IMG/VR virus record: IMGVR_UViG_3300027749_002876
Span: 1 to 64,000 of that record
Direction: 5' to 3' (one strand)
Length of the DNA stretch: 64,000 nucleotides
Part shown: positions 8,808-18,722 of the stretch, one piece after another
How positions within the stretch are numbered: the first letter of the stretch is position 1
How the letters are laid out: each line of letters starts with the position of its first letter
The notes under the pieces: generated by a model
The model's input: only the letters and a program-made list of their open reading frames with translations
Database searches by the model: none
What the model was told of the DNA's origin: nothing
Translations under genes and position numbers: made by a program

Positions 8808-10006
8808 ACGATACTATTTGTAAATATGTATTCAATAGTATCACCATATCAAACAGCGGAACAGTAGACCCTTGTTGTGCACCAAATGGCCCGCATACTA
8901 AAGTATACCATGATAAAATAAAAAATCCTTTAGTTATACATGATGACTTTAATGAGGTATTGAACAACACCCAAATAGTTAATCTTAGAAAATCAATGGT
9001 TGCCGGAGAAAAAAATTCACTATGCGATACATGTTGGCAGAGTGAAAGAATTAATGGTGAGAGTGAGAGAACTTTAGGAAATACAAATTTACGAAATTCT
9101 GATGTATATAACAAAATAATTGATTTTTCAAATATATTTCATATTAACTTATTTTTAGGAAATAAATGTAATTTAGCATGTAGAATGTGTAGTCCTTGGT
9201 GCAGTTCATTAATAGCAAAACAAACTGACATTATTTACCAACGACCACCTACACCAATTATTCAATTTAATGATGATACTCAACAAAGAATCATTGAATT
9301 TATAGACAATAGTGAAAACTTAGAAAAAATTCATATGTATGGTGGTGAACCATTAATAAATGATTTCTATGATTTAATTTGCTCACATTTAATAGCTAAT
9401 GGAAGAGCCTCAAAAATCACATTGGATCTTTCAACTAATCTGCAAGTTGATTTAGAAAGAAAAAATGAATTACATCGTCACTTTAAGAATGTACACATTG
9501 CAGTAAGTGTAGACGGTGAGGGGGATACATATGAGTACATCAGATGGCCCGGTAATTGGAATAAAATACAAAATAACTTAAAAATATTAAGTAATACTAG
9601 GAACGATTTCCATGTCTCATCAGTAGTACAAAATTTAAATATTGATAATCTGTCAAATTTGATGGTATATTTAAGCACCATTGAAAATTTTAAATATCAA
9701 AATAGTACATACCGCAAAGTAACTAGTCACACCAATATAAATGATATTAAAATTATACCAACATGGGTTATAGAGCGTGAAATAGATCGTTTAAAAGCAT
9801 TAAATCAAAACATGAATTATACTATACATGCTTTAGTTAAGATGCTAGAAGCCGAAGTTGAACCATCACGTAACTTAGCATACGAAGAAGTTGCTACTTT
9901 CTTCAAACAACAGAAAGATTGGGATTCTCTTAGAAATCAAAATCTTTTTAAAACAAAGCCTCATTTTTTAGAGTTGGCCAAGCAATTTAACATCGAACCC
10001 TGGTAA
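8804..10006 (+). CDS. radical SAM protein with N-terminal SPASM/twitch-like Cys cluster
   Basis: CNLACRMC, GGEP, N-terminal C...CC...CxxC. Confidence 0.85.
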   Translation: MNDTICKYVFNSITISNSGTVDPCCAPNGPHTKVYHDKIKNPLVIHDDFNEVLNNTQIVNLRKSMVAGEKNSLCDTCWQSERINGESERTLGNTNLRNSDVYNKIIDFSNIFHINLFLGNKCNLACRMCSPWCSSLIAKQTDIIYQRPPTPIIQFNDDTQQRIIEFIDNSENLEKIHMYGGEPLINDFYDLICSHLIANGRASKITLDLSTNLQVDLERKNELHRHFKNVHIAVSVDGEGDTYEYIRWPGNWNKIQNNLKILSNTRNDFHVSSVVQNLNIDNLSNLMVYLSTIENFKYQNSTYRKVTSHTNINDIKIIPTWVIEREIDRLKALNQNMNYTIHALVKMLEAEVEPSRNLAYEEVATFFKQQKDWDSLRNQNLFKTKPHFLELAKQFNIEPW

Positions 10007-10057
10007 GTTCTAATTGATATGGTATTTGATAAATACTACATAACTTTGGAATTCGCT

Positions 10058-10855
10058 ATGAAAATCAATCAAATCGTACAAGAAACTACTACATCGGGAT
10101 CCGTTGCCCCAGTAGAGCATAGTTTTGTCAAAATGCAAACTCGCAGTCCTAGTGTCTATGGAAATACAAAAGCAGGATCACTATTCAAAGGTAAAAAGAC
10201 TAGTAAGCCTTTTGCTAACAGCATCAATGAGGGAGCAATGAACCAACTTTCAATGGACTTGAAAGGTGGAGTTGATGGATTATCTGACGAAGAATTTCAA
10301 AAGAAATATAAGATGACTAAGCAAGAAGCTCGCAAAGAGTTGACCGCTAATAGAAAAGACAACAAGAAGCCTGAAAAAGTTAACGAAGCTGACTTACAAG
10401 AAGATGATATCATAGTAGTTCCTGGTTATGGCCGCACGAGAAAAACTGGATTTACAAAGCATGGTCAAAGTCGTGTTGACCATGAAGTTGAAATGGCACG
10501 TAGTGATGTACTAGCTACAATGAAGAATGCCAGAGTAATCTACGAACTATTAAAAAATAAGTCAGAAGAAGAAGGATTAGAAGGCTGGGTACAAGAAAAA
10601 CTTATCAAAGCAAACGATTATCTAAACGCAGTAAAAGAATACTACGATGAAAAATTAATGCAACGAGAAGGCAAGATTGACTTTGCTAAAAAGATACAAA
10701 AAAACGTAGACAAGAGTAACAAGGCAGTAGTAAAGACTAGTAAAGAAGTTGGCTCAAGAGTTGCTGATATTGGTGCAGGTGGCAAAGAATATAATGTCAA
10801 AACTGACAAAGCATGGGATGATGCACACAAAGCTAAAGAAAGTAAAACAAAATGA
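10058..10855 (+). CDS. modular putative head-internal protein
   Basis: MKINQIVQE N-terminus; INE/VNE/LQE junctions; TAAATA upstream; start refined from 10019. Confidence 0.65.
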   Translation: MKINQIVQETTTSGSVAPVEHSFVKMQTRSPSVYGNTKAGSLFKGKKTSKPFANSINEGAMNQLSMDLKGGVDGLSDEEFQKKYKMTKQEARKELTANRKDNKKPEKVNEADLQEDDIIVVPGYGRTRKTGFTKHGQSRVDHEVEMARSDVLATMKNARVIYELLKNKSEEEGLEGWVQEKLIKANDYLNAVKEYYDEKLMQREGKIDFAKKIQKNVDKSNKAVVKTSKEVGSRVADIGAGGKEYNVKTDKAWDDAHKAKESKTK

Positions 10856-13800
10856 GTAGCATTTTAAAAGGTTTACAACTAAACGAATTATCTAATAAAA
10901 AATTAGGTGACTACAAAACAGCCGCAGGTGCTGATGCTACTGCCGCTGATAAAGAAGGTAACTATAAGCGTGGCGACAAGCGTATGAGTGGTATTATCAA
11001 AGCAACTAAGAAACAGTTTGCTAATGATGAAAGAAAAAAAGATGTGACAGAAACAGGCATTCCATTTCGTGGAGTGGGCGGCGCATTCAATCGCGGTGAT
11101 GATGAGCGACATGATTTAGATGTACCAAAACAAGTAAGACCTCAAGTTTGGGGCTTAAAGATCAATGGCAAAGTATGGAGCAAAGGTGGAAAATCAGTTA
11201 CATTCAATAGTAAAGACGCTGCCTTGAATATAAGAAATTCTATATTAAAGAATCGTCCTGATTTAGAAATTGGTTTAATAACTAAGGGCGGACAACAAGG
11301 TATGGCGGAAGCCACTGGTGATAAACCTTTTGACAATATGATGAAGAACATATCAAAAGGTACTAATAAACAAAAAACCTTAGACCGCAAGGAACAGCAA
11401 AAACAAACTCAACAACGAGCACGTGATGCTTTTGACAATATGTTTGGTGGTGGCAATCCTGCAGACAAATTAAAAATTAGAGAGCAAGGTGTGGCGGAAG
11501 GCTCAACTAACAGTAAATCAATAATTACTGAAACACGCACATACAAGTTATGGGAAAGTGCTGGTAAGAAGTTATATGAAGCACAACTAACAGCCGATCA
11601 AATTAATCAAATTTTTCAACAAGTAGAACAGGGTGCAACAGCGGCTGGCGGTAATCGCACTATGCTTGGCAGAGGCAAAGATGCTACTGCCGCTATAAGT
11701 AAAGCCTGGGAAGAGTTAAAAACTAAAGTACAAAATTCAGGACCTATTAAAGGTGTTGACGCTATGTATGACAAGGCTGCTGAACAATTAAAACAAGCAA
11801 CTGGTGGCGATCAAGGTGTCATGCAGTATGTTCAGAAGTATCGTGATTTTGCTAAAAAACATCCAATTGCACAGAGTTTAATTTATTCAGCATTGATTGC
11901 GGCTGCTGGTATTTCAGGTGCAGGTATTGGTGGTGCAGCCGCATTAGGTCTATTCAAACTAGTAGACAAACTATTGCAAGGCGAAAAGTTCAGTAGTGCC
12001 GCATACGCCGGTGCTAAAACTGGTGGCATGGCTTATGCCGCTGGCCAGATTGGTCAAGCGTTAAAAGGTACGCCTCAACAAGAATTACCCGGAGCACAAG
12101 GAGCACCTGGTCAATCTGAACTAGATCAAATCTATATGAATCGTGCTCAAGGGATGCAAGGCTCGGGTTATACGCAAACTGCAACTGGTCAAACAGGTGA
12201 CTTTGGACAACCAACATATAATATTATACCAGATGGTGGTGGTAGTTCGTATGACCAAGCATTCAAACAAGGTCTTGCAAAGTTTGCTGTCAACCCTAGT
12301 AACCCAAGCGCAAACGATATAATGCGAGCCAAAGACTATGCAGGAAAAGTAGCTTCTGGTATGCTTAAGCCTGTTAAGGAATCAGTAGAACTAACTGAAA
12401 GTCAAATCTTCTTACTGATCGGTAAGATAGTTGAACGTCACCGCAAACTTGATGAAGGGATCATGGACACCATCAAAGGCGCCGCAGGTAAGGCAGTTGA
12501 CTGGGCCAAGACCAAAGGCACTAACTTAACAACTAAAGTTACTGCTGACAAACTATTACAAGCATGGAAGAAAGCAGGTAGCCCAACTGACAGCTTAGAC
12601 ATTGCTAGTATTGTTCAACGAGCTGGCGTGCCAACAGCTACTATTAAACAAGTGTTTACTAACATGAAAATACCAGTGCCAGGTCAACCAGCAGTGGCAG
12701 CAACACCAGGTCAACCAGCAGTGGCAGCAACACCAGGTGCTAAACCAGCAGTGGCAGCAACACCAGGTGCTAAACCAGCAGTGGCAGCAACACCAGGTGC
12801 TAAACCAATTCAGACAACTACACCAGCTATAGTATCAGCACCGGCGGCAGCACCTGCAACCAAAATGGCAGTTCCTGCTCAAAAAACAACTATACCTCAA
12901 GTAGCACCTGTGGCTAAAGCGGCCGGAGCTACAGCACCTCAGGGGTTTAATGCTAGTAATGTAATGAAGATGCCTGGTATGGAAAAGTACGCTAAACCAG
13001 CAGTTGCAAAACCTGCGAATTTCAGCGGTGGCCCAACTGGTTACTCTAGTATGAATACTACATTTAAACAACCAGCAGTAAAACCAGCAATGGCAGCAAC
13101 ACCAGGTGCTAAACCAGCAGTGGCAGCAACACCTGTTGCACGTGTAGCAGAGGAATGGAGTCAAAAATACAAAAGCAGTATCAACTGTAGCCACCCCAAA
13201 GGCTTCTCACAAAAAGCTCACTGTGCTGGCAAGAAAAAGCATAATGAAAGTATTGAGATGGAAATGGTCTGTGAGGATTGCGGAATGTGTCAAACACACG
13301 GAGATCATTCACATGACAACTTAGAAGAAGCCTGTTGGAAAGGTTATCACAAAGAGGGTAACAAAAAGATGTTTGGAAAACAATATCCAGACTGTAGAAA
13401 GAATACAAAGGAAGGTGTGGCGAAGGGCCTATCAGAAATGGACAAATCACAAACTCCGCCAGGACGAGACGGTCACGTAAGTCATGGCACATACGGTTCG
13501 AGAGACAAGAAAGATCCAGATTCTGGTAAGAAGCAATACTACGGCAAAATGGAACGCCCTGAAAAAACAACCAAAACGGCATCGGATATTCTTAACAAAG
13601 CATTTAATAAAGGTGTAGCGGAAGAACAACATAGTTGCCCACATTGCGGTGGCGAGATGGTCAGTGAAGAACTAATGAACGAAAAGAAAGATGCTTGCTA
13701 CTACAAAGTCAAGAGCCGTTATAGTGTATGGCCTAGTGCTTACGCTAGTGGTGCATTAGTCAAGTGTCGTAAAAAAGGCGCAAGCAACTGGGGCAACGGC

Positions 13801-14514
13801 GGCAAGAAGAATGAGAGTTCTATTTTAGAAGGTATTGAACAAGCAGATGAAAGTTTACATGATTGGTTCAATAAAGAAAAATGGGTTCGCATGGATACTA
13901 AAGGAAAGATTAAAGGTCCATGTGCAAGAGAACCAGGAGAAGGTAAACCAAAATGTTTGCCACAAGCAAAAGCGCATAGCCTAGGTAAAAAAGGTCGTGC
14001 AAGTGCCGCACAACGCAAACGCAGAGAAGATCCTAATCCAGACCGGCATGGTTCAGCTATAAATGTCAACACAAAGAAAAAATCTAACGAAAATATAGGC
14101 GAGGGTTGGAGAGAAAAACTAGGCGCAGCCGCATTAGCCGGTTCTATGGCATTAGGCGCAGCCGGTGCACATGCTAGAGTTACCCCTGATGGACAAGGTG
14201 GCTTTACCGGTGGATTAAAACCCACAGCAACCGTGACAGCACCAGATAATACTCCATCTGCTACCGCACCTACTGCTTCATCTGACACATCAGATCCTTT
14301 TAAAGGTTTAGTCCGTGCTGATAGTGCCGATAGACAAGCAAAGACTATAACTGTTGACGGAAAAGAGTATGGACTTGTTGAAATATCCCCAACTGATATT
14401 AGACCACGTGGTGGACAACGAATCGTTGTTCCTCAAGCAGTATTAGGAGAACGAGGTATAGGAAACTATACAGGTATTCTAGTAGGTGATAGAGTATTTG
14501 TTATAAGTAAGTAA
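10852..14514 (+). CDS. 1220-aa modular polyprotein, putative head-internal/ejected cargo
   Basis: many short basic or Cys-containing modules separated by GVAE/LEE/MNE/LDE-type sites; hydrophobic segment; internal signal-like peptide. Confidence 0.7.
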   Translation: MSSILKGLQLNELSNKKLGDYKTAAGADATAADKEGNYKRGDKRMSGIIKATKKQFANDERKKDVTETGIPFRGVGGAFNRGDDERHDLDVPKQVRPQVWGLKINGKVWSKGGKSVTFNSKDAALNIRNSILKNRPDLEIGLITKGGQQGMAEATGDKPFDNMMKNISKGTNKQKTLDRKEQQKQTQQRARDAFDNMFGGGNPADKLKIREQGVAEGSTNSKSIITETRTYKLWESAGKKLYEAQLTADQINQIFQQVEQGATAAGGNRTMLGRGKDATAAISKAWEELKTKVQNSGPIKGVDAMYDKAAEQLKQATGGDQGVMQYVQKYRDFAKKHPIAQSLIYSALIAAAGISGAGIGGAAALGLFKLVDKLLQGEKFSSAAYAGAKTGGMAYAAGQIGQALKGTPQQELPGAQGAPGQSELDQIYMNRAQGMQGSGYTQTATGQTGDFGQPTYNIIPDGGGSSYDQAFKQGLAKFAVNPSNPSANDIMRAKDYAGKVASGMLKPVKESVELTESQIFLLIGKIVERHRKLDEGIMDTIKGAAGKAVDWAKTKGTNLTTKVTADKLLQAWKKAGSPTDSLDIASIVQRAGVPTATIKQVFTNMKIPVPGQPAVAATPGQPAVAATPGAKPAVAATPGAKPAVAATPGAKPIQTTTPAIVSAPAAAPATKMAVPAQKTTIPQVAPVAKAAGATAPQGFNASNVMKMPGMEKYAKPAVAKPANFSGGPTGYSSMNTTFKQPAVKPAMAATPGAKPAVAATPVARVAEEWSQKYKSSINCSHPKGFSQKAHCAGKKKHNESIEMEMVCEDCGMCQTHGDHSHDNLEEACWKGYHKEGNKKMFGKQYPDCRKNTKEGVAKGLSEMDKSQTPPGRDGHVSHGTYGSRDKKDPDSGKKQYYGKMERPEKTTKTASDILNKAFNKGVAEEQHSCPHCGGEMVSEELMNEKKDACYYKVKSRYSVWPSAYASGALVKCRKKGASNWGNGGKKNESSILEGIEQADESLHDWFNKEKWVRMDTKGKIKGPCAREPGEGKPKCLPQAKAHSLGKKGRASAAQRKRREDPNPDRHGSAINVNTKKKSNENIGEGWREKLGAAALAGSMALGAAGAHARVTPDGQGGFTGGLKPTATVTAPDNTPSATAPTASSDTSDPFKGLVRADSADRQAKTITVDGKEYGLVEISPTDIRPRGGQRIVVPQAVLGERGIGNYTGILVGDRVFVISK
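12679..12807 (+). repeat. in-frame tandem repeat, 27/30-nt units encoding PG(Q/AK)PAVAAT; further copies at 13081-13134
   Basis: ccaggtcaaccagcagtggcagcaaca x2 then ccaggtgctaaaccagcagtggcagcaaca x2.5. Confidence 0.95.
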
Positions 14515-14526
14515 TAAGGAATTTAA

Positions 14527-14967
14527 ATGTTATCGGATAACTTAAAAGTACTTCTAGCAAGTACACAGGCGTTTGCTATTAAAACACAAAACTTTCATTG
14601 GAATGTTGAAGGTAGTAACTTCCCACAATATCACGACTTCTTCAATACATTGTACAAAGACGTAAATGAAACCATTGATCCTATTGCTGAATATGTCAGA
14701 GTACTAGGTGCTTATACTCCCGGTAGCTTAACACGTTATGCTGAACTAAGTATCATTCAAGACCAAACTAAAGTGCCAAGAGCAGAACTCATGTTTATGG
14801 AGTTACTACAAGATTGCGAAACACTGGGGCAACTTGTTGTTGCTATGTTTGATGAAGCAACGACTGAACGTCAACAAGGTATTGCTAACTACATGGCTGA
14901 ATTACAAGACTTGTATGGCAAGAAAGCATGGTTCATTCGTGCAACATTAAAGAGAGAGCGTGAGTAA
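14527..14967 (+). CDS. dps: Dps/ferritin-like DNA-protection protein
   Basis: KTQNFHWNVEGSNFPQYHDFF and D.IAE ferroxidase signature. Confidence 0.9.
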   Translation: MLSDNLKVLLASTQAFAIKTQNFHWNVEGSNFPQYHDFFNTLYKDVNETIDPIAEYVRVLGAYTPGSLTRYAELSIIQDQTKVPRAELMFMELLQDCETLGQLVVAMFDEATTERQQGIANYMAELQDLYGKKAWFIRATLKRERE

Positions 14968-15158
14968 TGAAGGCAAAGGAAATATATAAGGGTTTCAAAA
15001 CTTATTCTGCTAAGATATTAGTGAAGAACCCTCACTATTCCGTTCATATGGATGCTATCGTAAACGCCAAAGACGTGGCGCAAGCAAGACAACTTATCAA
15101 ACTACAATACAATGTAGATGATGGCAGAATTGGTACTATTAAAGAAATAAAACAATGA
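14967..15158 (+). CDS. hypothetical protein
   Basis: 63 aa, coupled by TAATG to dps. Confidence 0.7.
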   Translation: MKAKEIYKGFKTYSAKILVKNPHYSVHMDAIVNAKDVAQARQLIKLQYNVDDGRIGTIKEIKQ

Positions 15159-15967
15159 AAAAAATTTTAACAATGATAGTAGCAATACTATCAGCAAATG
15201 CCTTTGCTTGGGAACAACGTCAACCACTACCATTACAACAATGTCAAGTACATAGTCCTTATGGTTTCCCACAAACTATTGATGTAGCACCTATCTGCCG
15301 TCAAGCATACTTAGTAGGCTACGATGCGTCAGCTAAACTACCAAAGTTTGTGACGTATGAGCTATTACCACAAAATGCATTAGGATGTGTAGCAAGAACA
15401 AATGCTTTTGTAGCTGACCAATCAGTACCAAATGGTGCTAGACCAGATGACTATGCTGGTACAGGCTATGACAAGGGACATATGAGTCCAGACGGTGACC
15501 TATCATGGGATACTCAAGTGGAGTTTGAAAGTTTTTTAATGACCAACATGAGTCCACAAGCTGGTTCATTAAATCGTGGAATATGGAAATTACTAGAAAC
15601 TAGTGTACGTGGTTGGGCAGTTCAGCACAATCAAAGTTACATTGTTTATGTAGGTGGAGTATATAATGCACAAGACAAGAAAATCGGCAACGGCGTCGTT
15701 GTTCCTCATGGTTTTTACAAGATTGTTATCAATAATCAAACTAAAGAAATAGCAGGATGGCTATTCCCTCATACTGCCCCTTATCCTAACTTGGGTAATG
15801 ACTTAACTAAGTTTCGTGTTACAGTAGCACAAATTCAGCAACAAGCTGGTGTACAATATGCGTTCCCAAAAAATGCTGTTGAATTGCAACCCGGCAAAGA
15901 GTGGAGTGTGGATTACGGTGCATTAACTAATGCTAAAAGAACTAAATGTAGTAAAAATTTAGAATAA
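15155..15967 (+). CDS. DNA/RNA non-specific endonuclease (NucA/EndoG family) with signal peptide
   Basis: YDKGHM, TNMSPQ, LNRGIW motifs; MKKILTMIVAILSANAFA signal. Confidence 0.9.
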   Translation: MKKILTMIVAILSANAFAWEQRQPLPLQQCQVHSPYGFPQTIDVAPICRQAYLVGYDASAKLPKFVTYELLPQNALGCVARTNAFVADQSVPNGARPDDYAGTGYDKGHMSPDGDLSWDTQVEFESFLMTNMSPQAGSLNRGIWKLLETSVRGWAVQHNQSYIVYVGGVYNAQDKKIGNGVVVPHGFYKIVINNQTKEIAGWLFPHTAPYPNLGNDLTKFRVTVAQIQQQAGVQYAFPKNAVELQPGKEWSVDYGALTNAKRTKCSKNLE

Positions 15968-15998
15968 AGATAAATATAGTATAACAGGAGAAAAAGTT

Positions 15999-16214
15999 AT
16001 GATTACAAAATTAGGCAAAACTGGAAAAACAAATCACGTGTTCACATCGGAAAAAGAATTTACGTTTTTAGAAGATTGGATACTCCAAACTAAAGGAAAA
16101 GATTTCCATGCTAGTTGGAAATTGCTTGAGCCTACTGACATAGAAGCAAGTACTGTATATGAAGAATGGAAAACCGTTAACGGTATTACTCATATTATGA
16201 CAGAAGACGAGTGA
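15999..16214 (+). CDS. hypothetical protein
   Basis: AGGAG SD and TAAATA upstream. Confidence 0.75.
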   Translation: MITKLGKTGKTNHVFTSEKEFTFLEDWILQTKGKDFHASWKLLEPTDIEASTVYEEWKTVNGITHIMTEDE

Positions 16215-16226
16215 TCGTTTAGTTGA

Positions 16227-16802
16227 ATGCGTATTGGGGAAGTTTTATCAGAATCAGCAATAAATAAACTAGCAACAAAATTGCCTAGCTTAGAAAAGCA
16301 CGACTATACTACTCTAGATAAGCTACTACAAACCGTAGCCAAACAACACAATCTTACTGGAAAAGCGTTACATGACTTATTTGTTAAAAAATTTCATACA
16401 ACACCAGATAATTGGATTAAGAACAAAATAGATGAGGATGATGTTGATTCTGATTTGCAAAATGAAGTTGACAAATTCTGTGAGTGGGCTTGTCAACAAC
16501 TTCATGTACAAAATAAACCACATATTGAATTGAGCATGGATACTGAAGAAGCTCAAACAAATCATCACACCGGAGGTCATGTCATGGGAGATGATAATAT
16601 TTGGGTATACGTGAATAATCGCAATCTAGTTGATGTCTTACGCACAGTATTCCATGAATTGGTACATGTTCGTCAGGGTGAGTTGAACATGATATCACCG
16701 GGAGACAGTTATCCCGGTAGCCCGATTGAAGCAATGGCAGATATGCTAGCAGGCAAATATATTAAAATCTATGGTGAAAAGAATCATAAAATTTTTCAAT
16801 AA
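16227..16802 (+). CDS. HExxH metallopeptidase-like protein with capsid-targeting-like N-terminus
   Basis: RTVFHELVH...EAMAD; MRIGEVLSE. Confidence 0.7.
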   Translation: MRIGEVLSESAINKLATKLPSLEKHDYTTLDKLLQTVAKQHNLTGKALHDLFVKKFHTTPDNWIKNKIDEDDVDSDLQNEVDKFCEWACQQLHVQNKPHIELSMDTEEAQTNHHTGGHVMGDDNIWVYVNNRNLVDVLRTVFHELVHVRQGELNMISPGDSYPGSPIEAMADMLAGKYIKIYGEKNHKIFQ

Positions 16803-16829
16803 TACTGATAGTTGTATAAATATTTTGCT

Positions 16830-17777
16830 ATGCTAAGTTATACTTTATCTAAAGATACCACAATCATTCAAGTTAACATTAAATTACTAGATACTAATTT
16901 TGCAAATAAGTGGAAAGATTATTTAACTAGAACTATTAAGCGATTACCTAATCTTGCTTGGAAGCCCGGGTATAATCCTATAGTTAATTATGTACCAATA
17001 AATCCATTAAACACTTTTGAAAAGTTAAAAGAATCATTTGTGTTATTACAAAAACATTATGGAACTGATTATTCATTTGAAATTAATGAACTAGATAACT
17101 TAATTCAGAATCCTAAGGAATTAACACAATCACACTTAAATTTGTGGAACCGTCACTTCACTACAAATGCTAGTGACTTTGTTACAAATATAGAAACAAA
17201 TCATTTAATACCCCATACTGACACGCCGGATCATATTATCTTTGCAACCATACATATGTTAAATCAGTGTACTCACAATTTAGAATCTTTTATATCTTTT
17301 ACACGTAGGGATAGTGTACGCATTGCGCCCCTGAAAAATAAAACATTTTATAGCATCCGATCGGCAGATGCTATAAATTTAAACGACAGCGCATCATTAT
17401 GGGGTAATGGTATGATTGAGGATCCTGAGGAAGATTTTACATTTAACAATGAATATCGTCACACTGTTTGGATGGCAGATGATATTGAAGGCAAGGATCA
17501 CTTCAAATGTTGGTATGACGAAGATGACGCATTAAATGACCATGTACATGGTAATATGTTCATGTCTCCAAATATAATGATTGATCCAGATATGATCTAC
17601 GCCACTATAATGGATGATCCAAAATTTAAGCAATTCGTACTTGATTCTAAAAAACCAATTAATAGATATCCAATTGGAAATATAGTTGATGTTGACACTA
17701 TAAATTGGAATGTTTTTAAAAAAGGTAAACTAATCTCTATCGTCTTAGATGGTGAAACATTATGGGAATCATCATAA
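16830..17777 (+). CDS. hypothetical protein (AT-rich)
   Basis: ATG 7 nt after TATAAATA (16815-22); start refined from 16812. Confidence 0.7.
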   Translation: MLSYTLSKDTTIIQVNIKLLDTNFANKWKDYLTRTIKRLPNLAWKPGYNPIVNYVPINPLNTFEKLKESFVLLQKHYGTDYSFEINELDNLIQNPKELTQSHLNLWNRHFTTNASDFVTNIETNHLIPHTDTPDHIIFATIHMLNQCTHNLESFISFTRRDSVRIAPLKNKTFYSIRSADAINLNDSASLWGNGMIEDPEEDFTFNNEYRHTVWMADDIEGKDHFKCWYDEDDALNDHVHGNMFMSPNIMIDPDMIYATIMDDPKFKQFVLDSKKPINRYPIGNIVDVDTINWNVFKKGKLISIVLDGETLWESS

Positions 17778-17830
17778 AAGGTTTCCTTATTAACTAGGTA
17801 ATTAAAATTGTTTGTGTTATAATAACATAA

Positions 17831-18424
17831 ATGATTAAATTAACAGTTCCATTACCCAAACAATTAACAGTAGCCTTTAGTGGTGGTGTAGACAGTTGTG
17901 CCGCAGTTGATTTTCTAAGTAGAAAGCATGATGTTATTTGTGCTTTCTTTCATCATGATACAGAGAATAGCGAACGGGCATATGAGTTTGTTGCTAACTT
18001 TTGCAATGATAGAAAACTATCATTAATCTTTGCTCGTATTAGTGAACCAGTTGTTCCAAAAGGTATCAGTCAAGAAGAACATTGGCGCGATCAAAGATAT
18101 ACATTTCTACAAACATTAGGTCCCGTCATTACAGCACATCACTTAGATGATTGTGTTGAAACATACATCCATTCGGCACTTAATGGCACACCCAAAGTTA
18201 TCCCTATGATTCGCAACAATGTGTTGCGACCATTCTTAACAACACGCAAGAGTGAATTTATCTCTTGGTGTCAACGACACAATGTACCCTGGATTGAAGA
18301 TTCAAGTAATCAAGATTCTAAATACATGCGTAACTACATTCGCAACGAATTAATGCCACATGCATTGCGAGTTAACCCAGGTTTGCATACTTTGGTAAAA
18401 AAAGTTGTTGAAAAGCAACGATAA
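17831..18424 (+). CDS. tilS: tRNA(Ile)-lysidine synthetase-like PP-loop ATPase, catalytic domain only
   Basis: AFSGGVDS, TAHHLDDCVET, RPFL, DSSN...YMRNYIR. Confidence 0.85.
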   Translation: MIKLTVPLPKQLTVAFSGGVDSCAAVDFLSRKHDVICAFFHHDTENSERAYEFVANFCNDRKLSLIFARISEPVVPKGISQEEHWRDQRYTFLQTLGPVITAHHLDDCVETYIHSALNGTPKVIPMIRNNVLRPFLTTRKSEFISWCQRHNVPWIEDSSNQDSKYMRNYIRNELMPHALRVNPGLHTLVKKVVEKQR

Positions 18425-18436
18425 TTTGTGTATACT
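18408..18436 (+). promoter_or_regulatory. sigma70-type promoter for the DNA polymerase operon
   Basis: TTGAAA-17 nt-TATACT. Confidence 0.6.
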
Positions 18437-18455
18437 AGTATTTCAAGGAGAAATT

Positions 18456-18722
18456 ATGTCAGATTACAACAGAACCTTTAATGGTGACGCAAAGATTAAA
18501 CTAACGCAATTGATTAACGAGGGCATGACAGTCATGCACGAAATTGATACATTGAATGGCGGTTTAACAGATACTATCAAAGCAGTAGCAGAAGAATTGG
18601 AAATCAAAGCCAGTACACTGAAGAAAGCTATTCGTATTGCACACAAAGCAAGTCTCGGTCAGACTACCAAAGACCATGACGAACTTGTGACGATTTTAGA
18701 GACCGTTGGTAAAACCCTTTGA
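18456..18722 (+). CDS. small dsDNA-binding protein (T4 DsbA/GapR-like)
   Basis: AAGGAG SD; helical pattern TDTIKAVAEELEIKASTLKKAIRIA; directly upstream of the polymerase. Confidence 0.55.
   Translation: MSDYNRTFNGDAKIKLTQLINEGMTVMHEIDTLNGGLTDTIKAVAEELEIKASTLKKAIRIAHKASLGQTTKDHDELVTILETVGKTL

Noticed and set aside
17831-18424. QueC call for the PP-loop protein
   Set aside because: It has TilS motifs (HHLDD..ET, RP.L, N...RN.IR) and lacks the QueC C-terminal Zn-binding Cys cluster.
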